64,000 bases of DNA from Octopus sinensis (Eukaryota): positions 63,686,464-63,750,463 of the forward strand of contig NC_043011.1 in NCBI RefSeq assembly GCF_006345805.1, in the 5' to 3' direction. A model generated the notes under the pieces. That model was not told the DNA's origin, ran no database searches, and saw only the letters and a list, made by a program, of their open reading frames with translations. A program made the position numbers and the translations under genes. Position 1 is the stretch's first letter, and every line of letters begins with the position of its first letter. Shown here piece by piece: positions 26,672 through 42,137 of the stretch.

Positions 26672-26760
26672 TTTTGCAATTTTTTTTATAGGCCTCTCGA
26701 AAATAGACGCGACACTGCAGGAAATTGTTCGTAAAACAATTTTGATATAGAATGATGCGC
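26672..26760 (-). CDS. Gene g3 exon 3: RIILYQNCFTNNFLQCRVYFREAYKKNCK
   Basis: Acceptor ccaattttgtag, donor GTAAGT, 89 nt, phase 2->1. Shares CF...FLQCR...Y.KNC with g4. Confidence 0.87.
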
Positions 26761-26865
26761 CTACAAAATTGGAATATAATGTTATATGAAATTACTATTT
26801 CTAAATCTTATAACGAGAGATATTCAGCAACAGTACTTTGTAGTAAAGGTTGTTTGCCAACTTAA

Positions 26866-27030
26866 CAGGGCGGTCCGGGTTTAGGAGGAACGTTGCTGTA
26901 ATTTAGCCCCAGGAAACACCTCCTCCAGCTGTTTATGCGACACGATTTGTCGGGGTGTTAGAATCCCTTGTTCGAAAATATAAAGAAACAGATCGTGTCG
27001 TACAGCCATCTGGAGAGGATTGCCATGTTA
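26866..27030. mobile_element. Partial foldback MITE, same family as 63428-63608
   Basis: gggtttagga..aa.gttgctgtaatttagcc shared, plus an internal inverted segment. Confidence 0.6.
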
Positions 27031-27529
27031 CGTTGGTAAACAATCATTACAACATAATGCTATATGTAGTTTAGAGAAAAATAAATAATTAATTTGAAAT
27101 TCTTTCTAATTACATATGTACCAGGGTTTTCCGGACATATGTACTCTTTAAAAAATTGTATTCGCTGAAAAGACACACTTATGATAATTATGTAACGTTA
27201 CTTACAACACTTATGTTGTAGGTGTAAATTAATTGGCCCATAATTAGCGTTTTAAGTCAAATTTTTCTTCAAAGCCTACTCAGTTTGAAGGCAACAATAT
27301 TTCGGAATGAGCTGAGAGAACGAACTTTTGGATTGGTTTCCGCTTTAAAATTTAACTAGCTACAATCTAGTTATACAAATGTAAACCAAATAACATATTT
27401 CTTTCAAAACAGCTGCCAAAGAAATTTTTTCTAAATGTCTCCTCTCTGTACGAAATGGTGTATCCACAATTGAAATTCTATTAATATAACCCGACCACAA
27501 AGTCTCAATAATTTCTTGTTTGTACTAAG

Positions 27530-27664
<135 letters not shown>

Positions 27665-27666
27665 CA

Positions 27667-30600
27667 CCTGCTAATATATACATGCAATTGAATTCAGAAA
27701 TTAAAAAAATATATACACACTATACATATACATACAAACATATACATACAAACTATCAACAACAAAAATACAGAAGAATACAGATCTGCTAGCCTTAAGA
27801 AGCTGCGCTACGAGCAATACTTACGTGTAGAGAACCCTAAACTGACAGATCCATCTCCTAATGTAAGAGTGGAAGCTCGTCATGCTTCAATGTCAACAAA
27901 GCAAACTACAAACCGCATTGATCGTTGCGCGGATTACAAAAGAACACGTAACCGAAAATTGAACCAAATTCTGATTGAAAAATCAGCTACTGGATCAAAT
28001 CTTCCCAACACACAGGAGCTGGGCTTACCCCACAACCGGAATATTCCTACAGATGGTCATCCATACTCGTCACCAAATAATCAAAAGAAAAAGAAGGAAA
28101 AATGGTCTAGGGAAGATAATAAAGAAGTTCTTGCGGCCTTCTACCATGCCATATATTCCCCCACAGATAAATCGAACACTATACAAACCTACATAATCTG
28201 GAGACAGAAACACCCTGAAGTAAGACCCTACATAGACAGTAACAAACTTGCTAACGTCAGAAGAAACATTATAAAAAAAAAATTACTGACTGAAGTAGAG
28301 ATTGATCAAATTAGACAAGCAATATCGGATAGAATGAACGAAGCTGCAGCTAAAGAAGATAATACAGAGGAAATAATTATAGACCAGCCCAGGGCTGATA
28401 TAAACGAAGTGAGGATTGAAAGAGTTAGTATAAGTGATAGGCAAAGTGAAATACGCTAAGACAGATGAGCATCAAATAGATGAAGAAAGTCACACAAATA
28501 TTGACCCAACAGAACTACATGAGCTAAAAAAATCAAATCATGATTGAATGGCTGAAAATTAAAGAAACCAGCATGGATGAGCGTGATACACTTCCTAAAA
28601 TCTGCAACTCTAAACAAAACATGAAAATATTTGGTAATCCGGCTTGCACTAAAGGATATAATTTCAGTTAATGATGTTGATATCACAAGTCTCAACCACC
28701 TATACTATGCATCCGCGAAAATCTCAACGATCCTATGTGGTGTAAAGATTAGAAAACGGCAACATTCCCACAAAAAGCCTTCTTGGCAAGAGCGTTTGCA
28801 ACAACAATTTAAAATATTTAGATCTGACATTGAATATTTGAAAAACCTAGACTACCAAACCTACAAAAACCCAAAAATTAATGACAAAATATAATATGAA
28901 AACTATACTTGATTTGATGCCACCATAGAAACCATCAAACAAAAGGTATCTGCCAAACCTGCCCGCATAGCGAGGTATGAAAAGCGTGTTAGATTTTTCA
29001 AGTACAACAACATGTTCAAAAATAACCCCAATAATTTTTACAGGAAGATAGGAAAAACAGCAGTTACTGAAAGGTCTGTACCATCAAAAAAAGAAGTACA
29101 GGGATTTTGGAATAAAATTTGCGCAGAAGAAAAAACACACAACGAAAAGGCTCCCTGGATTGACAGAATATCTACAGAACTGGACTCCTTAGAAGAGCAA
29201 AAGTGGGAGGGTGTCAAGGTAGAAGATATAAGATCTGCTCTCAGAAGGTTAAGCAAATGGAAGTCTCCAGGAAAGGACAAAATTACTAACTTCTGGCTGA
29301 ATGCCTTCCCAGAGAGCCATGAACTGCTAACATAACTATATAATGATGTTTTGCAACACCCTAGTAGGAAGCCTCCTTGGCAAGTTAATGGGTTAGCATT
29401 CCTGCTTCCAAAAAGTGAAGAAACAAATGAACCAAAAAACTATAGACCCATAACCTGCTTAACAACAATGTATAAAACGCTAACATCTGTCCTGAAGGAA
29501 TATACTTATAGTTTTTTTAAGAGACAGCAGCATATTCCCTAATGAACAGAAAGAATGTAAACGTGGATCCTACGGTTGTAAAGATCAACTACTCATCAAT
29601 AAGATGATCTTAGAAGATTGTCAAAAACGACACAAAATCTTATCAATAGCCTGGATAGACTATAAAAAGGCTTTTGATAGCCTGCCACATAGCTGGATTA
29701 AGAAATGCCTGGGAATGTATAAGATAGCACCTACTCTGCGAAACATTTTGTCTGTAAGTATGAGATCATGGAGAACCACACTAACTTTGAACAGTGACAA
29801 TAAATCTCTAAATGCTGGTGATGTAAAAAATTCATGTGGCATTTTCCAGGGTGACTCAATGTCACCACTCCTCTTTTGTTTAGCCTTAATACCTCTCTCA
29901 AACTGCTCAATGACGCGCAGTAGGGGTATAAAATGTTTGATAAAAATATAAATCATCTCATTTACATGGAAGATTTAAAGCTCTTTGCAAAAAATGACAA
30001 ACAACTCAAGGGCTTACAAGCGATAGTCAAACAATTCAGTGACGACATCAGAATGCAATTCGGCCTCGATAAATGTGCAAAAGCTACCTTTATCAAAGGA
30101 AGAATGACAGAAACATCTAACGTTAACCTTGACCAGCAGAATGTCATAAAAAAACTAGACCCAGCGGAGAGCTACAACTACCTGGGGGTAATTGAAGGGG
30201 ATGGAATAAGGCATTCAGAGATGAAAAAAAAGGATCAGGAGAGAATGTTATTACAGCGTTAGAGCAATACTCAAGACAGAGCTGAATGCAAGAAACAGGA
30301 TCGAAGAGATCAATGCATTAGCCATACCAGTCGTGACTTACAGTTTCAATATCGTTAACTGGTCAATTACTGAAATATGTAATCTTGACAGAAAAATACG
30401 AAAACTGTTGACAATGCATAGAATGCACCACCCTCAGGCACATATAGAACGACTTTACCTGTCAAGAAAAGAGGGAGGCCGTGGACTTTTACAAATGGCA
30501 ATAACAATGAAGATTGCTACAATTGGCCTAGACACCTACCTGAAAAACTCTGAGGACTGGATGTTAAAACTTGTCTCAAAACATGAAAACAAGAAAGCAT

Positions 30601-31698
30601 CATACTCAGTAACAAAATAGGCAAAGGAATATCTAAGTGAATTCCGAATACAACAAATTTCGGAATTAGAGATATACATACAAGAAGCAAGCACAGAAAA
30701 AGCTAAGCGCATGAAAACCCGTGCCAAAACTGCGGCCTTAGATATTCTGAATGATAAATGGCAAGAAAAACCTCTCTATGGCAAATACCCAAAGAGAGCG
30801 AATAATGCAGATATTGACAAAGCCCAGACCCATCAATGGCTAATGGCCTCTGGCTTAAAATCTGAAACAGAGGGGTTTATCATAGCAGCTCAAGATCAAT
30901 GCCTACCAACAAGAAACTACCGGGCCAACATATTAAAAATCAGCAGCAGTCCAACGTGTTGTGTATGCCAGCAACAAAATGAAACCATTGAGCATGTGGT
31001 CTCCAAGTGCAGTCCTCTAGCGGCTACAGAGTATCTTAACAGACACGATAGAGCTGCACAATATATTCACTGGTTCATCTGAAAAAACCTGGATTTGCCC
31101 ATGAAAAAAAATTGGTGGGAACACCAACCACCCCCAGTGCTTGAAAATGACCACATTCAAACTGACAGAAAGATAGATGCAAATAGGCCAGGCATCATAT
31201 TGAAAGACTTCAAACAAAGAATATGCCTCCTCATTGATATGAGTGTCCCAATCGATATAAACGTATCTGTCAAGACCTACCAAAAACTGAGCAAATATAA
31301 AGATCTTGAAATAGAAATCAGCAAAATGTGGAACCTGAAGACTAAAACAATACCTGTTGTCATAGGTGCCCTGGGAATGATAGCAAAAGGGGCTGATAGC
31401 TACCTAACTCAGATAACAGGAAACCCCAAAATGGCAGAAATTCAAAAGATAGTGCTCATGGGAACTGCTCATATCCTACGCAAAATACTTTCTATGTAAT
31501 CTCAAGTTTTAAAACAAACATAAATTTCGGTTTACAAAAAAATAAAATTTTTAGACATTCATTAGTACAACCCCCCACCCAAATATATAGCACACTAGGC
31601 ATAACAACAACATGAACTTCCAACCCTGTTGTCTCTTGAGGTGTCTGGGTGAGACTTGGAGCCAACTTGTACAAATATAAAGCAAAAGTCAAACATAG

Positions 31699-31700
<2 letters not shown>
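27667..31700 (+). mobile_element. Near full-length degenerate R4/Dong-like RLE retrotransposon (family A)
   Basis: N-terminal KWSREDNKEV..., RT KSPGKD / NYRPITCL / WIDYKKAFDS / GIFQGDSMSPLLF / YMEDLKL, CxxC...H...C knuckle, RLE DANRP...IDMSVP, 3' UTR, (TAA)n tail. Multiple stops and frameshifts. Confidence 0.93.
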
Positions 31701-31751
<51 letters not shown>

Positions 31752-31798
31752 TGATAATAATAATAATAATAATAATAATGATAAAAATGATAATAATA

Positions 31799-31884
<86 letters not shown>

Positions 31885-31914
31885 GAAATAATAGTAATAA
31901 TAACAGAAAGAAAA

Positions 31915-34900
31915 TTGTAAGCGGAACAAATGGACCCGAGAAGAGTATAAAGAAGTAATATACGCTTATTACTATGCATTAGGTAGGCCATCTGAAGAGA
32001 GACACACCGCAAACTCTTACAGTATGTGGAGAACACGGAATCAAGACAGTAGACCCTATTTGGACGAGAACAAATTAGCAAATGTGAGGAGGGATATCCT
32101 TAGAAATAACAGACTCACAGACAGTGAAATAAGCGCGATCAAGCACGCAACCGAAATGACATAAATATAAGACACAAAGGAAATGAAGAATCAGATGAAC
32201 AGTATAGCCCGCCACGAGGCTTAATTGAAAGACTGCCATCTGACCAAAGTACGCAAAGGCCTGAAGATACAAGAAATTCTATTGTACCTGTTAAAGATAG
32301 CCAGGAAAACGATAAAACAACAGTAACTGAAGATCTCACATTTGCTGAAGAACACAGAGAGTCTATGGCAGAAATCAGGCAGAAATCCTGAATACGCTTG
32401 AAGTTGTAAGACATACAAGTATGAATGATAGAGAACCACTTCATAAACTCTCAAATACAAACCAAGATAAAAAACAAATCCAAATTGGCAACTATGTAAC
32501 AAATGAAATAATACGAGAATTAAAACCTGATTTTACTGAGTTAAATGAAATTATTTACGCTTCTGCTAGGGCAATTGAAACCAGCTGTATGACCCCGAAA
32601 AAACAAAGAAAACCAAACCTGGGAAGAAATTAAACCTGGAGATGTAAAATTGAAAAAGAGATTGAATTTATGAGAGGGGAAATATCAATATTAAATGAAC
32701 TAATATGTGGAAATGATGTAAGATCCAGAACAGGAAGAAAGATGAAGAGAAAATTTGGATCCTCACCAAGAGAAGAACCCATATCAATAAAAGAAACGCT
32801 GAAACAAAAAGTCCAAGCAAAAGCCCAAAGAATACGAAGATTTGAGAAGAGAAACACGTTTTACAAGCAAAATAAACTGTTCACATACAATGCCAAAAAT
32901 TTCTATAGAGAAATAGGGAAGGCGAAAGTAACCGTTAAAGACCCCCCTCCCATGGAAGAAATTCAAAACTTTTGGAAAAGGATTTGGAGTGACAAGAAGA
33001 CGTACCACATAAATGCAGACTGGATTATACAAACTGAAGGATCCTACCAAAATTTACAACAACAAGCATGGGAAGACATCACAATAGCAGACCTAAGAAA
33101 GGCACTCACGAAGGCCAATAATTGGAAATCCCCCGGTAAAGATTGGGTGCCGAATCTCTGGCTCGCAAACGGTAAGCTAGTTCAGCTGCTTACTGGAATT
33201 ATGAGAGACCCAAAGAAAACACCTGAATGGTTAGCAAGTGGTATTACTTACCTACTTCCAAAGAATAACGAAACCAACCTTCCAAAAAACTATCGGCCTA
33301 TAACCTGTCTATCCACCACGTATAAAATCCTAACATCTATCCTGGCGGAGAAAACATATGCATTCATGGAGAAGAACGATATTTTCCCTATTGAACAAAA
33401 AGGGTGCAGCCGAGGCTCTTACGGATGCAAAGATCAACTGCTAATTAATCTTATGACCCTTGAGAACTGTCACAACAAGCGCAGAAATCTCAGCTCCGCA
33501 TGGATTGACTATAAAAAGGCCTTCGACAGTATACCGCATCCATGGATCTTGAGATCGCTGGACATCTTCAAAATTTCCCCTGTGATTTCAAACTTCCTGA
33601 AGCACAATATGTCGTTGTGGAATACGAATCTCCAATTATACCACTCTAATGGATTACGTGCCTCAGAAAATATAAACATCAACTGTGGAATTTTTCAAGG
33701 TAACTCACTTTCACCTTTATTATTCTGCATAGCCCTAATACCCCTTACAAGTGAATTTAACAGAACAGGGTATGGGTATATATAATTGCCAATAAAAAAA
33801 GTAAGCCATCTATTTTATATGGATGACTTAAAACACTATGGTAAAGACAATAATGGACTTGAAGGCCTATTGCGCACCGTGAAAGCATTCAGCGATGACA
33901 TCGGGATGGAGTTTGGACTTGAGAAGTGTGCCACGGCCACTTTCCAGAAACGGAAAGTGAAGACCACAAATTCAGTCGTGTTAGATGTTGACACAGTCAT
34001 AAGAGAGCTTGAGCAAGAACAAACATACAAATATTTAGGGATAAATGAAGGCTCTGGTATTCAGCATGCAAACATGAAAGAGAAAATCAGGAAGGAATGT
34101 TATAGGAGAGTTCGTGCAGTCCTGAACTCTGAACTAAATGCACGTAACAATGTGTTAGCTATAAATTCCTTAGCAGTTCCAGTTGTGTTGAACTGGAATA
34201 TGAGTGAAGTAAAGAATATAGAAAGGAAAATACGCAAGCTGCTGAGTTGTGACAGGATGCACCACCCAAAGGCAGACGTAGATCGCCTTTACCTTCCCAG
34301 AGCCCAAGGTGGTCGAGGCCTGATCCAAATTGAACTAGCTTACAAAACAACCACAATTGGAGTGGCTAAATATCTCGAAATAACGAATGACTGGATGCAA
34401 AAGCTCGTGGAAAATCACGAGAGACGAAAGAAGCTTCATTCTATCATAACGGAAATCAAAAAATTGCTATTGATCTCGTGCAGGATACCCAAACTGAACA
34501 ACCCGAGGGAAGCACGGCAACTATTGTTGCAAAGAAGGTAAAAATAATGGCAATGAAAAAAGCGCTCGAGCAATTGGCTGATTGGTGGGATGAGAAACCT
34601 CTGCACGGCAAATATGTGGCCCGCAGCAAACAAGCTGATGTTGACCAGAAGGAAACCCATCAGTGGCTACGGAGCTCAGGGCTAAAAGGAGAGAGCGAAG
34701 GTTTCATCCTGGCTGCTCAAGATCAAAGCCTATTAACCCGGAACTACCAGGCCAATGTGATGAAAAATGGAGCAGACCCAATATGGCGATTCTGCAACGA
34801 CATGATCGAAACAGTGGACCACCTAATCTCTGGATGAAAAGTCTTAGCACCAGTGGAGTATAAATTAAGACATGACAGAGTTGGCCAATATCTACACTGG

Positions 34901-35540
34901 CTAATAAGTCGGCATTACAATATCAAAACTGCCGACATGTGGTATAATCACCAACCTGAGGCTGTTTCTGAAGGAGAAAATGTAACCATTCTGTGGGACT
35001 TTCCAGTACATACAGACCGAACCATCAAAGGCCAATAAACCAGATATTGTTGTGAAAGACCAAAACAATAAAGTTTGCTTATTGATCGACATGAGCATCC
35101 CCTGTGATCATAATATCTCGGCGAAAGAGTTTGACAAGCTCAGAAAATATAAAGACCTACTCATTGAAATTGAGAAAATGTGGCATCTCAAGGCGGTTAC
35201 AATACCAGTGATCTTAGGAGCACTAGGAATGATCAAAAAGGGAACCAAGAATTATATGAGAATGATCCCTGGCTTACCATCCCTGCAAGAAGTGCAAAAG
35301 ATTGTCTTAACTGGTACATCACACGTATTGAGAAGAGCATTGTCGTTGTGAGGACTGTTGCTGCTCATGTATTTTAATTTAACTTTAAAAAAATAAATAA
35401 AGGTTTTTTTTTAAATGAACGAACTATTGAGTTTGGTTTAATGGCCTACCAATGTATACTATTAGTTTCTTTGCCCTTGGAGTCGGGAAGACACTCGGCA
35501 AGAAATGGAAGCAAATTTGAAAGAAGAAGAAAAAAAGGAT
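31915..35540 (+). mobile_element. Second near full-length R4/Dong-like RLE retrotransposon (family B)
   Basis: KWTREEYKEV..., ORFs 32670-33785 and 33786-34541 with RT motifs (YMDDLK), RLE KPDIVVKD...IDMSIP, (TAA)n tail. Confidence 0.93.
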
Positions 35541-35541
35541 A

Positions 35542-35593
<52 letters not shown>

Positions 35594-35599
35594 TTAATA

Positions 35600-37210
35600 A
35601 ACGAAGGAGATGGTATACATCATGTAACTATGAAGGAAAAATCAAGGAAGTATTATAACACGAGAGTGAGTGCCATACTAAAACCTGAACTGAGTTCCAA
35701 AAAGTCACATCGAAGCCTTCAATGCCTTGGCAGTACCAGGTTTAACATCATTAAGAGAAGTCTTACAGGTCTCCAACGCATGGAGAAGAAAACTGCTAAC
35801 ATCCATGAATATGCATCAGAAGCAGACGTTTATCGGATGTATCTACCTAGAAACAACTGAGTAGCGAAATTATTGTGGTAGAACTGTGCTTATAAATCGT
35901 CCACAATAGCAATGGACGAATACTTATCTACTTCAAAGTTCTGGAAGCTGCTGTTTGTGTGCAAACACAAAAGCAGCAAAGAAAAAAAAAACACCTTTTG
36001 ATGTCAAGGGAGCTAGGTATTTTTCAAGAGATCTCAGCATTAACACTAAATTAGAAGAACCTGAAACCATTTCAACACAACAAGCAATGGGGATCAAAAC
36101 TACTGCAAAACCGAACAAGCAGAAACGAATTGACGAGCGATGGAGCCAGAAGCCACTGCATGGGCAACATATACTTCGACGCCACCCAAAGCAGGAGTAG
36201 AAAGATTACCTGTAAACAAAGGAAGGCAAAAGATTGTTAATATCAGTAGAAAACTGCGTGGATGTAGGTAGAGTAGATATTGACATCTTTGTAGATAATA
36301 GTAACGAAAGATTATTAGAAGCTGTTAGGCTCACAGCAAGCTAGGGAAGCCAAAACAAAACAAAAAAAATGATTTTAAAAACCAGAAAAATGTGCGGTTA
36401 TAATCTGACTGACAGGAGCAGGAGTTTTATGGTAAGATAATTTCAGAAAATAGTCGTTGTGGATGGTTATGGTTGCAGATAGGAAAGCTGAATTTGGAGA
36501 CAGAATGTTTGTTAGTAGCTGCATAATATGAAGCATTAAGAACAAATTTGAAAAATGCTTAGACAAAAACAAGAAGATTATCAATGTAGGTTATGCAAAT
36601 ATGAAGTGAAAAGCGTTAATCACATAGTAAGTAAATGTAGCATGCTGGCACAACAAGAATACAATAAAATCATGACAATATATGGAGAATAATCCAACGG
36701 GAGCTATGTAGAAAACTAGGATTTGAACATACTGATGAATGATATGAATATTAACCTCGTAAGGTACTAGAAAGTAAGAAATATAGGTTGTTATCGATCT
36801 TCAATATTCAGAGTGATAGAGCAATAGAAGCTAGAAGGCCTGATTTGCTAGTAGTAGCTAAAGGGAATCGAACGTGCCAGATGATTGACTTCACAGTCTC
36901 AAATGATGAAATATGTGTATGAGAAGTATAGGAAAATAGCAAAGTGTCAGGACCTAGCTATTTCAATAAAGAGACTATGAAATATACAAGTAGAATGTAT
37001 CCTAGATGTTATATGGGCATTGTGAACTATCCCTAAATATGCCAACAAATGGATAGAGGAAGTAGGCATAATACCCAGTTTAGTACAGGTTCAGAAAACA
37101 GTGTTATTAGGGATAGCTAAGATATTTAGCATGGTTTTTGGCATCGGAACCTTCTTTTTGAAGACGGATATTAGGATCATTTTCTTTTCCAAATGTCTAA
37201 TCCGTGGAGT
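35600..37210 (+). mobile_element. Third, older 5'-truncated RLE retrotransposon (family C)
   Basis: EGDGIHHVTMKEK, KPLHGQ, IEARRPDLLVV...IDFTV and VQKTVLLG remnants, followed by (TAA/TGA)n. Confidence 0.8.
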
Positions 37211-37273
37211 GTATATGAAAATAATAATGATAATAATAATGATGATGATGCTAATAATAAAAATAAAGATAAA

Positions 37274-37335
<62 letters not shown>

Positions 37336-37421
37336 TGATGATGATGATGATGCTAATAATAATAATAATAATAATAATAATATTAATAATAATAATGATG
37401 ATGATGATGATGATAATAATA

Positions 37422-37762
37422 AACTAAAACAATACCCTGGGAATTATAGCGAAAGGGGCTGATTGCTACCTAACTCAGATACCAGGAAACCACAAAATGG
37501 CAGAAATTCAAAGCATAGTGTTCATGGGAACTGCTCATATCCTACGCAAAATAATTTGTATGTAATCACAAGTTTTAAAACAAACATAATTTTTGTTTAT
37601 TTTTTTTTTGACATTCACTAGTACAACACTATGTACAAAACCAAATATATGGCACCCTAGGCATAACACCAGCATGAACTTCCAACTTGTTGTCTCTTGA
37701 GGTCTCTGGGTGAGACTTGGAGCCAACTTGTACAAATGTAAAGCAAAAGTAAAAAATAGAAT
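37422..37762 (+). mobile_element. Short 3' fragment of family A RLE element
   Basis: Matches 31340-31700, followed by (TAA)n. Confidence 0.88.
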
Positions 37763-37775
37763 AATGTTAATAATG

Positions 37776-37825
<50 letters not shown>

Positions 37826-37866
37826 TATTATTATTGTTATTATTATTATTATTATTAATATCATTA

Positions 37867-37966
<100 letters not shown>

Positions 37967-38263
37967 CATTATTATTATTATCATGATTATTGGCCAAGTC
38001 GTAAACTTGCAAAGTCTACTAGTATGTTTCAATCGAAACAGATCAGCTGCTCGACATGGTGCACCACCTGTGCTTTATAGTTGATGTTGCCTGCTTCATT
38101 AGAGTACGAATGTTTTATAAAAAATATTGCGAGCAATGACGAACAATCCATGATAGATTTAAGACAAATAAACGAAGCTAAATTGAAAAAGAAACGCACG
38201 AATGTATATGAAAATCGAATGAATATTGTAATAGCTGTAATAGTCTCAAAATTGTATTTATAC

Positions 38264-38363
38264 CTGCAGTATTCCACGTCTTTCTTACGTATAGGAAACG
38301 TTCTTAAGGCAGTCCTGCAAAATTTTACGGCCGTGTTTTCGCAAAACTTTAGTGTGGAGGCCC
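38264..38363 (-). CDS. Gene g3 exon 2: ASTLKFCENTAVKFCRTALRTFPIRKKDVEYC
   Basis: Acceptor tactcatttgcag, donor CAG|GTATAA, 100 nt, phase 1->2. Confidence 0.87.
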
Positions 38364-38727
38364 CTGCAAATGAGTAACACTTCATACTGTCAAATGAGAG
38401 ACGTAATATACTTAGAACCCTGAAAGGGTTTTAAACATTCTATGATATTTTTCAAGGTTTAAAAATACTCTAAATTTTCGCTAGAAATCGACAACTGTGA
38501 TAACAGGTAGCAGGATATTGGTAGCTATATATATTTTATATATTGTGAATGACAAACGATGGCTGCTGTGGAATAACGGAAATAAGTGCCTAGAAGTACG
38601 GCAAGACGTTACGAGGATAGAAATAGAAATGAGGGTCAAAATCTCAATAGAATATAATATACTTAGAAAGGTCCTAGGAAAATATAAACTCTATTGTTAA
38701 ACACATGCTTTTCATAAAGCTACATAC

Positions 38728-38764
38728 CAGTAATTAGAACAGAGACCAAAAGAATCGTTTTCAT
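38728..38764 (-). CDS. Gene g3 first coding exon (signal peptide): MKTILLVSVLIT(G)
   Basis: ATG-K-hydrophobic run, donor G|GTATGT, phase 1. Confidence 0.82.
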
Positions 38765-39029
38765 GTTGAATACGCCTGTATATTTGAAGGGTTTGTCATG
38801 CGATTCTATTGAAATAGAGGCGAGAGTATACAACTAAGTAACAGGTTTTTGCAATTTGCAAATGATGTATGACGTGTGCTATATGATGACATATGGCTTT
38901 TGTATATTATAAGAATCACATAAAAAATAAATTCTCCACGTCTCTTGATTTGTATGTAAATGAAATGTTTATTGTGTATAAAATCTACATTCGCAAGGAG
39001 GTGTGTGTATTAGTACATTTCCCATACAT

Positions 39030-39122
<93 letters not shown>

Positions 39123-39208
39123 CATACATATATATGTGTGTGTGTACTTATGTATATATATATATGTTTGTGTCTGTGTGTATGTGTATGTGTGTGTTTA
39201 CTTATGTA

Positions 39209-39273
<65 letters not shown>

Positions 39274-39389
39274 ATATATATATATGTATAAATAAAGAAG
39301 GAAACTTCATAGGACGATCCGGACATCCGACTGCGCTGTGAACAGGAATCTTCTGTTTCATCCATTGCACCACATAGGTTTAACTCACC

Positions 39390-39580
39390 CCACTCTACAT
39401 CGCAGCAGCTGTCTTGCCAATGCGTATATTGAGCTCAGCGTTGAGGGATAGGTTGTAGGAGACGGTAGAGCCCAGATAGGTAAACTTCTCCACCTCTTGT
39501 ACTCTGTGGTCTCCAATATGTATGTTTCGGATGTCCGATGTAGCCTGACACATGATGTTGGACAGCTGGAACGGCAACTA
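39390..39580 (-). mobile_element. RTE-clade LINE RT fragment
   Basis: VQEVEKFTYLGSTVSYNLSLNAELNIRIGKTAAAM. Confidence 0.8.
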
Positions 39581-40160
39581 CGAAATGGTGGTCAGCAGGA
39601 GCATGACGGTCTTTGATTGGGTTTCTACTAGGGTTGCGTCGTGCCGCGTCATATCACTGAAAAGTGACTTAGGCTCAATTCGGACGGGTATATGTGAAGT
39701 CGCAGACTGTGGCCGAACCACGACCGGGGAGGACTGCTGCTGGAAGATCATCTGCGTGGCAATAGGATTCAGCACATTGCCATGTCTTCGCAAATCACAG
39801 AAGAGGTTGTCGGGGTATTCTACGATTTCACCAGCCCCAATTGTGAACTTACGATTTCCCTGATTATGATCCAATATATCAATATGGCTTTTATCAGCTT
39901 ATCTACAATAGGAAGTTCGAGTTTTTGGCCGAGGCCAAGGGGTTATACAAGGGTCTCATCAGGGACTGAGTGATGAAGGAATGATCCAGGTTCCGAAGCC
40001 GTCTTGTGACTCTATTCGAAGCAGAGTGTGGTTATTTTGTTTGTGGATGTTATGTCTCCCAGCTATAATCTACCTGGTAGTTGTATTTCATTTGCTTTAA
40101 ATATATAAATTTTTTGTTGTGATTATCCATTTTAACTCTGTCAAAGTTAATCCGACCACC

Positions 40161-40263
<103 letters not shown>

Positions 40264-40947
40264 TATGTACGTATATATATGTGTGTGTGTGTGTGTGTAT
40301 AAATATACACATATATATATATATGTATATATTTACACATATATATACACATATATATATATATATAGGTATGTGTGTGTGTGTATGTATATACAGTAAT
40401 CCCACACCATATCGCAGTTCCCCTATCGTGGAGTTGGTGGTAGAAAGTAATACCCGAGATAGTCGGGGGATTACTGCATGCAAATACACATAGTAAAGAA
40501 AGGAAAATGCACACAGTATATAGAGATTTGATACACCTTAACTAAAATAAGTATTCTGGTTCTAGACAGATAGTGCTTTCGCTAATCAGGACATTCAAAT
40601 TATTCTATGTTCTCGTATGAAAGATTGTGGTTATAAATCGTTTTATCATTCGAGACTATTTCATTCGAATCTATTTATTTTTATATCGGAAACAAATTAT
40701 AATAACTTAATCGAATGATTAGTGAAACCGTTCATCTTGCATTTTATATGTAAGTTTTTGGCGTTACAGCTCACTAGGTAAGTATAATAATTTTCTTCCT
40801 CTCGCTTTTCTTGAACGTACACGCACACACAACAACACGCACGCATATACACACAGACACAAACAAATGAACCCACACATACGTCCCATACACACGGCAC
40901 ACAATTATACATACACGCACACAATTATACATTCATGTATTCTTAAA

Positions 40948-41264
40948 GACTCCGCCAGTTACGACGACGAGGGTCCCAGCTGATACGATCAACGGAACAG
41001 CTTGCTCGTGAAATTAACGTGCAAATGGCTGAGCATTCCACAGACACGTGTACCCTTAACGTAGTTCTCGGGGATAATCAGCGTGACACAGAGAGTGACA
41101 AGGCTGACCCTTTGAAATACAAGTACAACTCATTTTTGCCAGCTGAGTGGACTGGAGCAACGTGAAATAAAGTGTCTTGCTCAAGGACACAACGCGTCGC
41201 CGGGAATCGAACTCACAACCTTACGATCATGAGCCGAATGCCCTAACCACTAAGCCACGCGCCC
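40948..41264 (-). mobile_element. Full-length, well-preserved tRNA-derived SINE
   Basis: gggcgcgtggcttagtggttaggg...gagttcgattccc head, then gtgtccttgagcaagacactt core. Confidence 0.88.
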
Positions 41265-41739
41265 TCACAACATACATGTATACACACATACGCACGTACA
41301 AGCACACACGCACACACTAAGTAAAAGCAGTTATTCGCCACACACCCAAACTCTACGCATACACACACATACATACACACACACATACTACAAACAAATC
41401 ACACACACGATACATATACATACAGGCACACACACACATACTTCAAACTAGCAGTACCTACTACTGACCTGGGGTAAATACAAAAATAGCCACGCCCAAT
41501 TCCTTGTTCCTTCACCTTAAACAATACTAAGCCCTATAACACGCAAAGATTAACAGCCACAACCACACACACATACACAGACACGCACACACACACGTGC
41601 TATCATTGCACACCAACACACATACACACACACGCAGACCTTCGCGCACGCACACATCCATACTTACACAGACATACCTCTTCTTGCACTCTCCTGTCTT
41701 TGAAAGAACTTTTCTTCACCCATTTCCTTCCGGTCATTC

Positions 41740-41947
41740 AAAATGTGACCGCGCTTGTACCGTTGGCGATTTTTTTCCTCTGTCTTCCCTTCTCTGGATC
41801 TTTCCTTTTCCTATGTTTCCGACGAAGAGCTCCGCTCGAAACGTTGCACCCTCCTTCTTTCCTTCTTTCCTGAGCGTTTAATAATACTATATTTGTTCCA
41901 CGCCCTCGCGTTGGTGTGTTTTTTGTGCTTTCTTGTTTGGATTAACT
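41740..41947 (+). mobile_element. Penelope-type terminal repeat (family B) with hammerhead motif at 41815-41849
   Basis: GTTT-CCGACGA-A-GAGC-tcc-GCTC-GAAAC-GTT. Copies at 42138-42355 and 56535-56732. Confidence 0.7.
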
Positions 41948-41979
41948 ATAAATATATATATATATATATATACACACAG

Positions 41980-42096
<117 letters not shown>

Positions 42097-42137
42097 TATA
42101 TCTATATATAAATATATATATATATATATACTTATAT

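Noticed and set aside
38068-38177. Candidate exon 3 of g3 right after exon 2
   Set aside because: The required phase has several stops and lacks the cysteines. The true 89-nt exon is at 26760-26672.
39960-40010. Hammerhead-like GTGATGAAGGAA...TTCCGAAGC
   Set aside because: Both core segments are mutated and no stem I forms.
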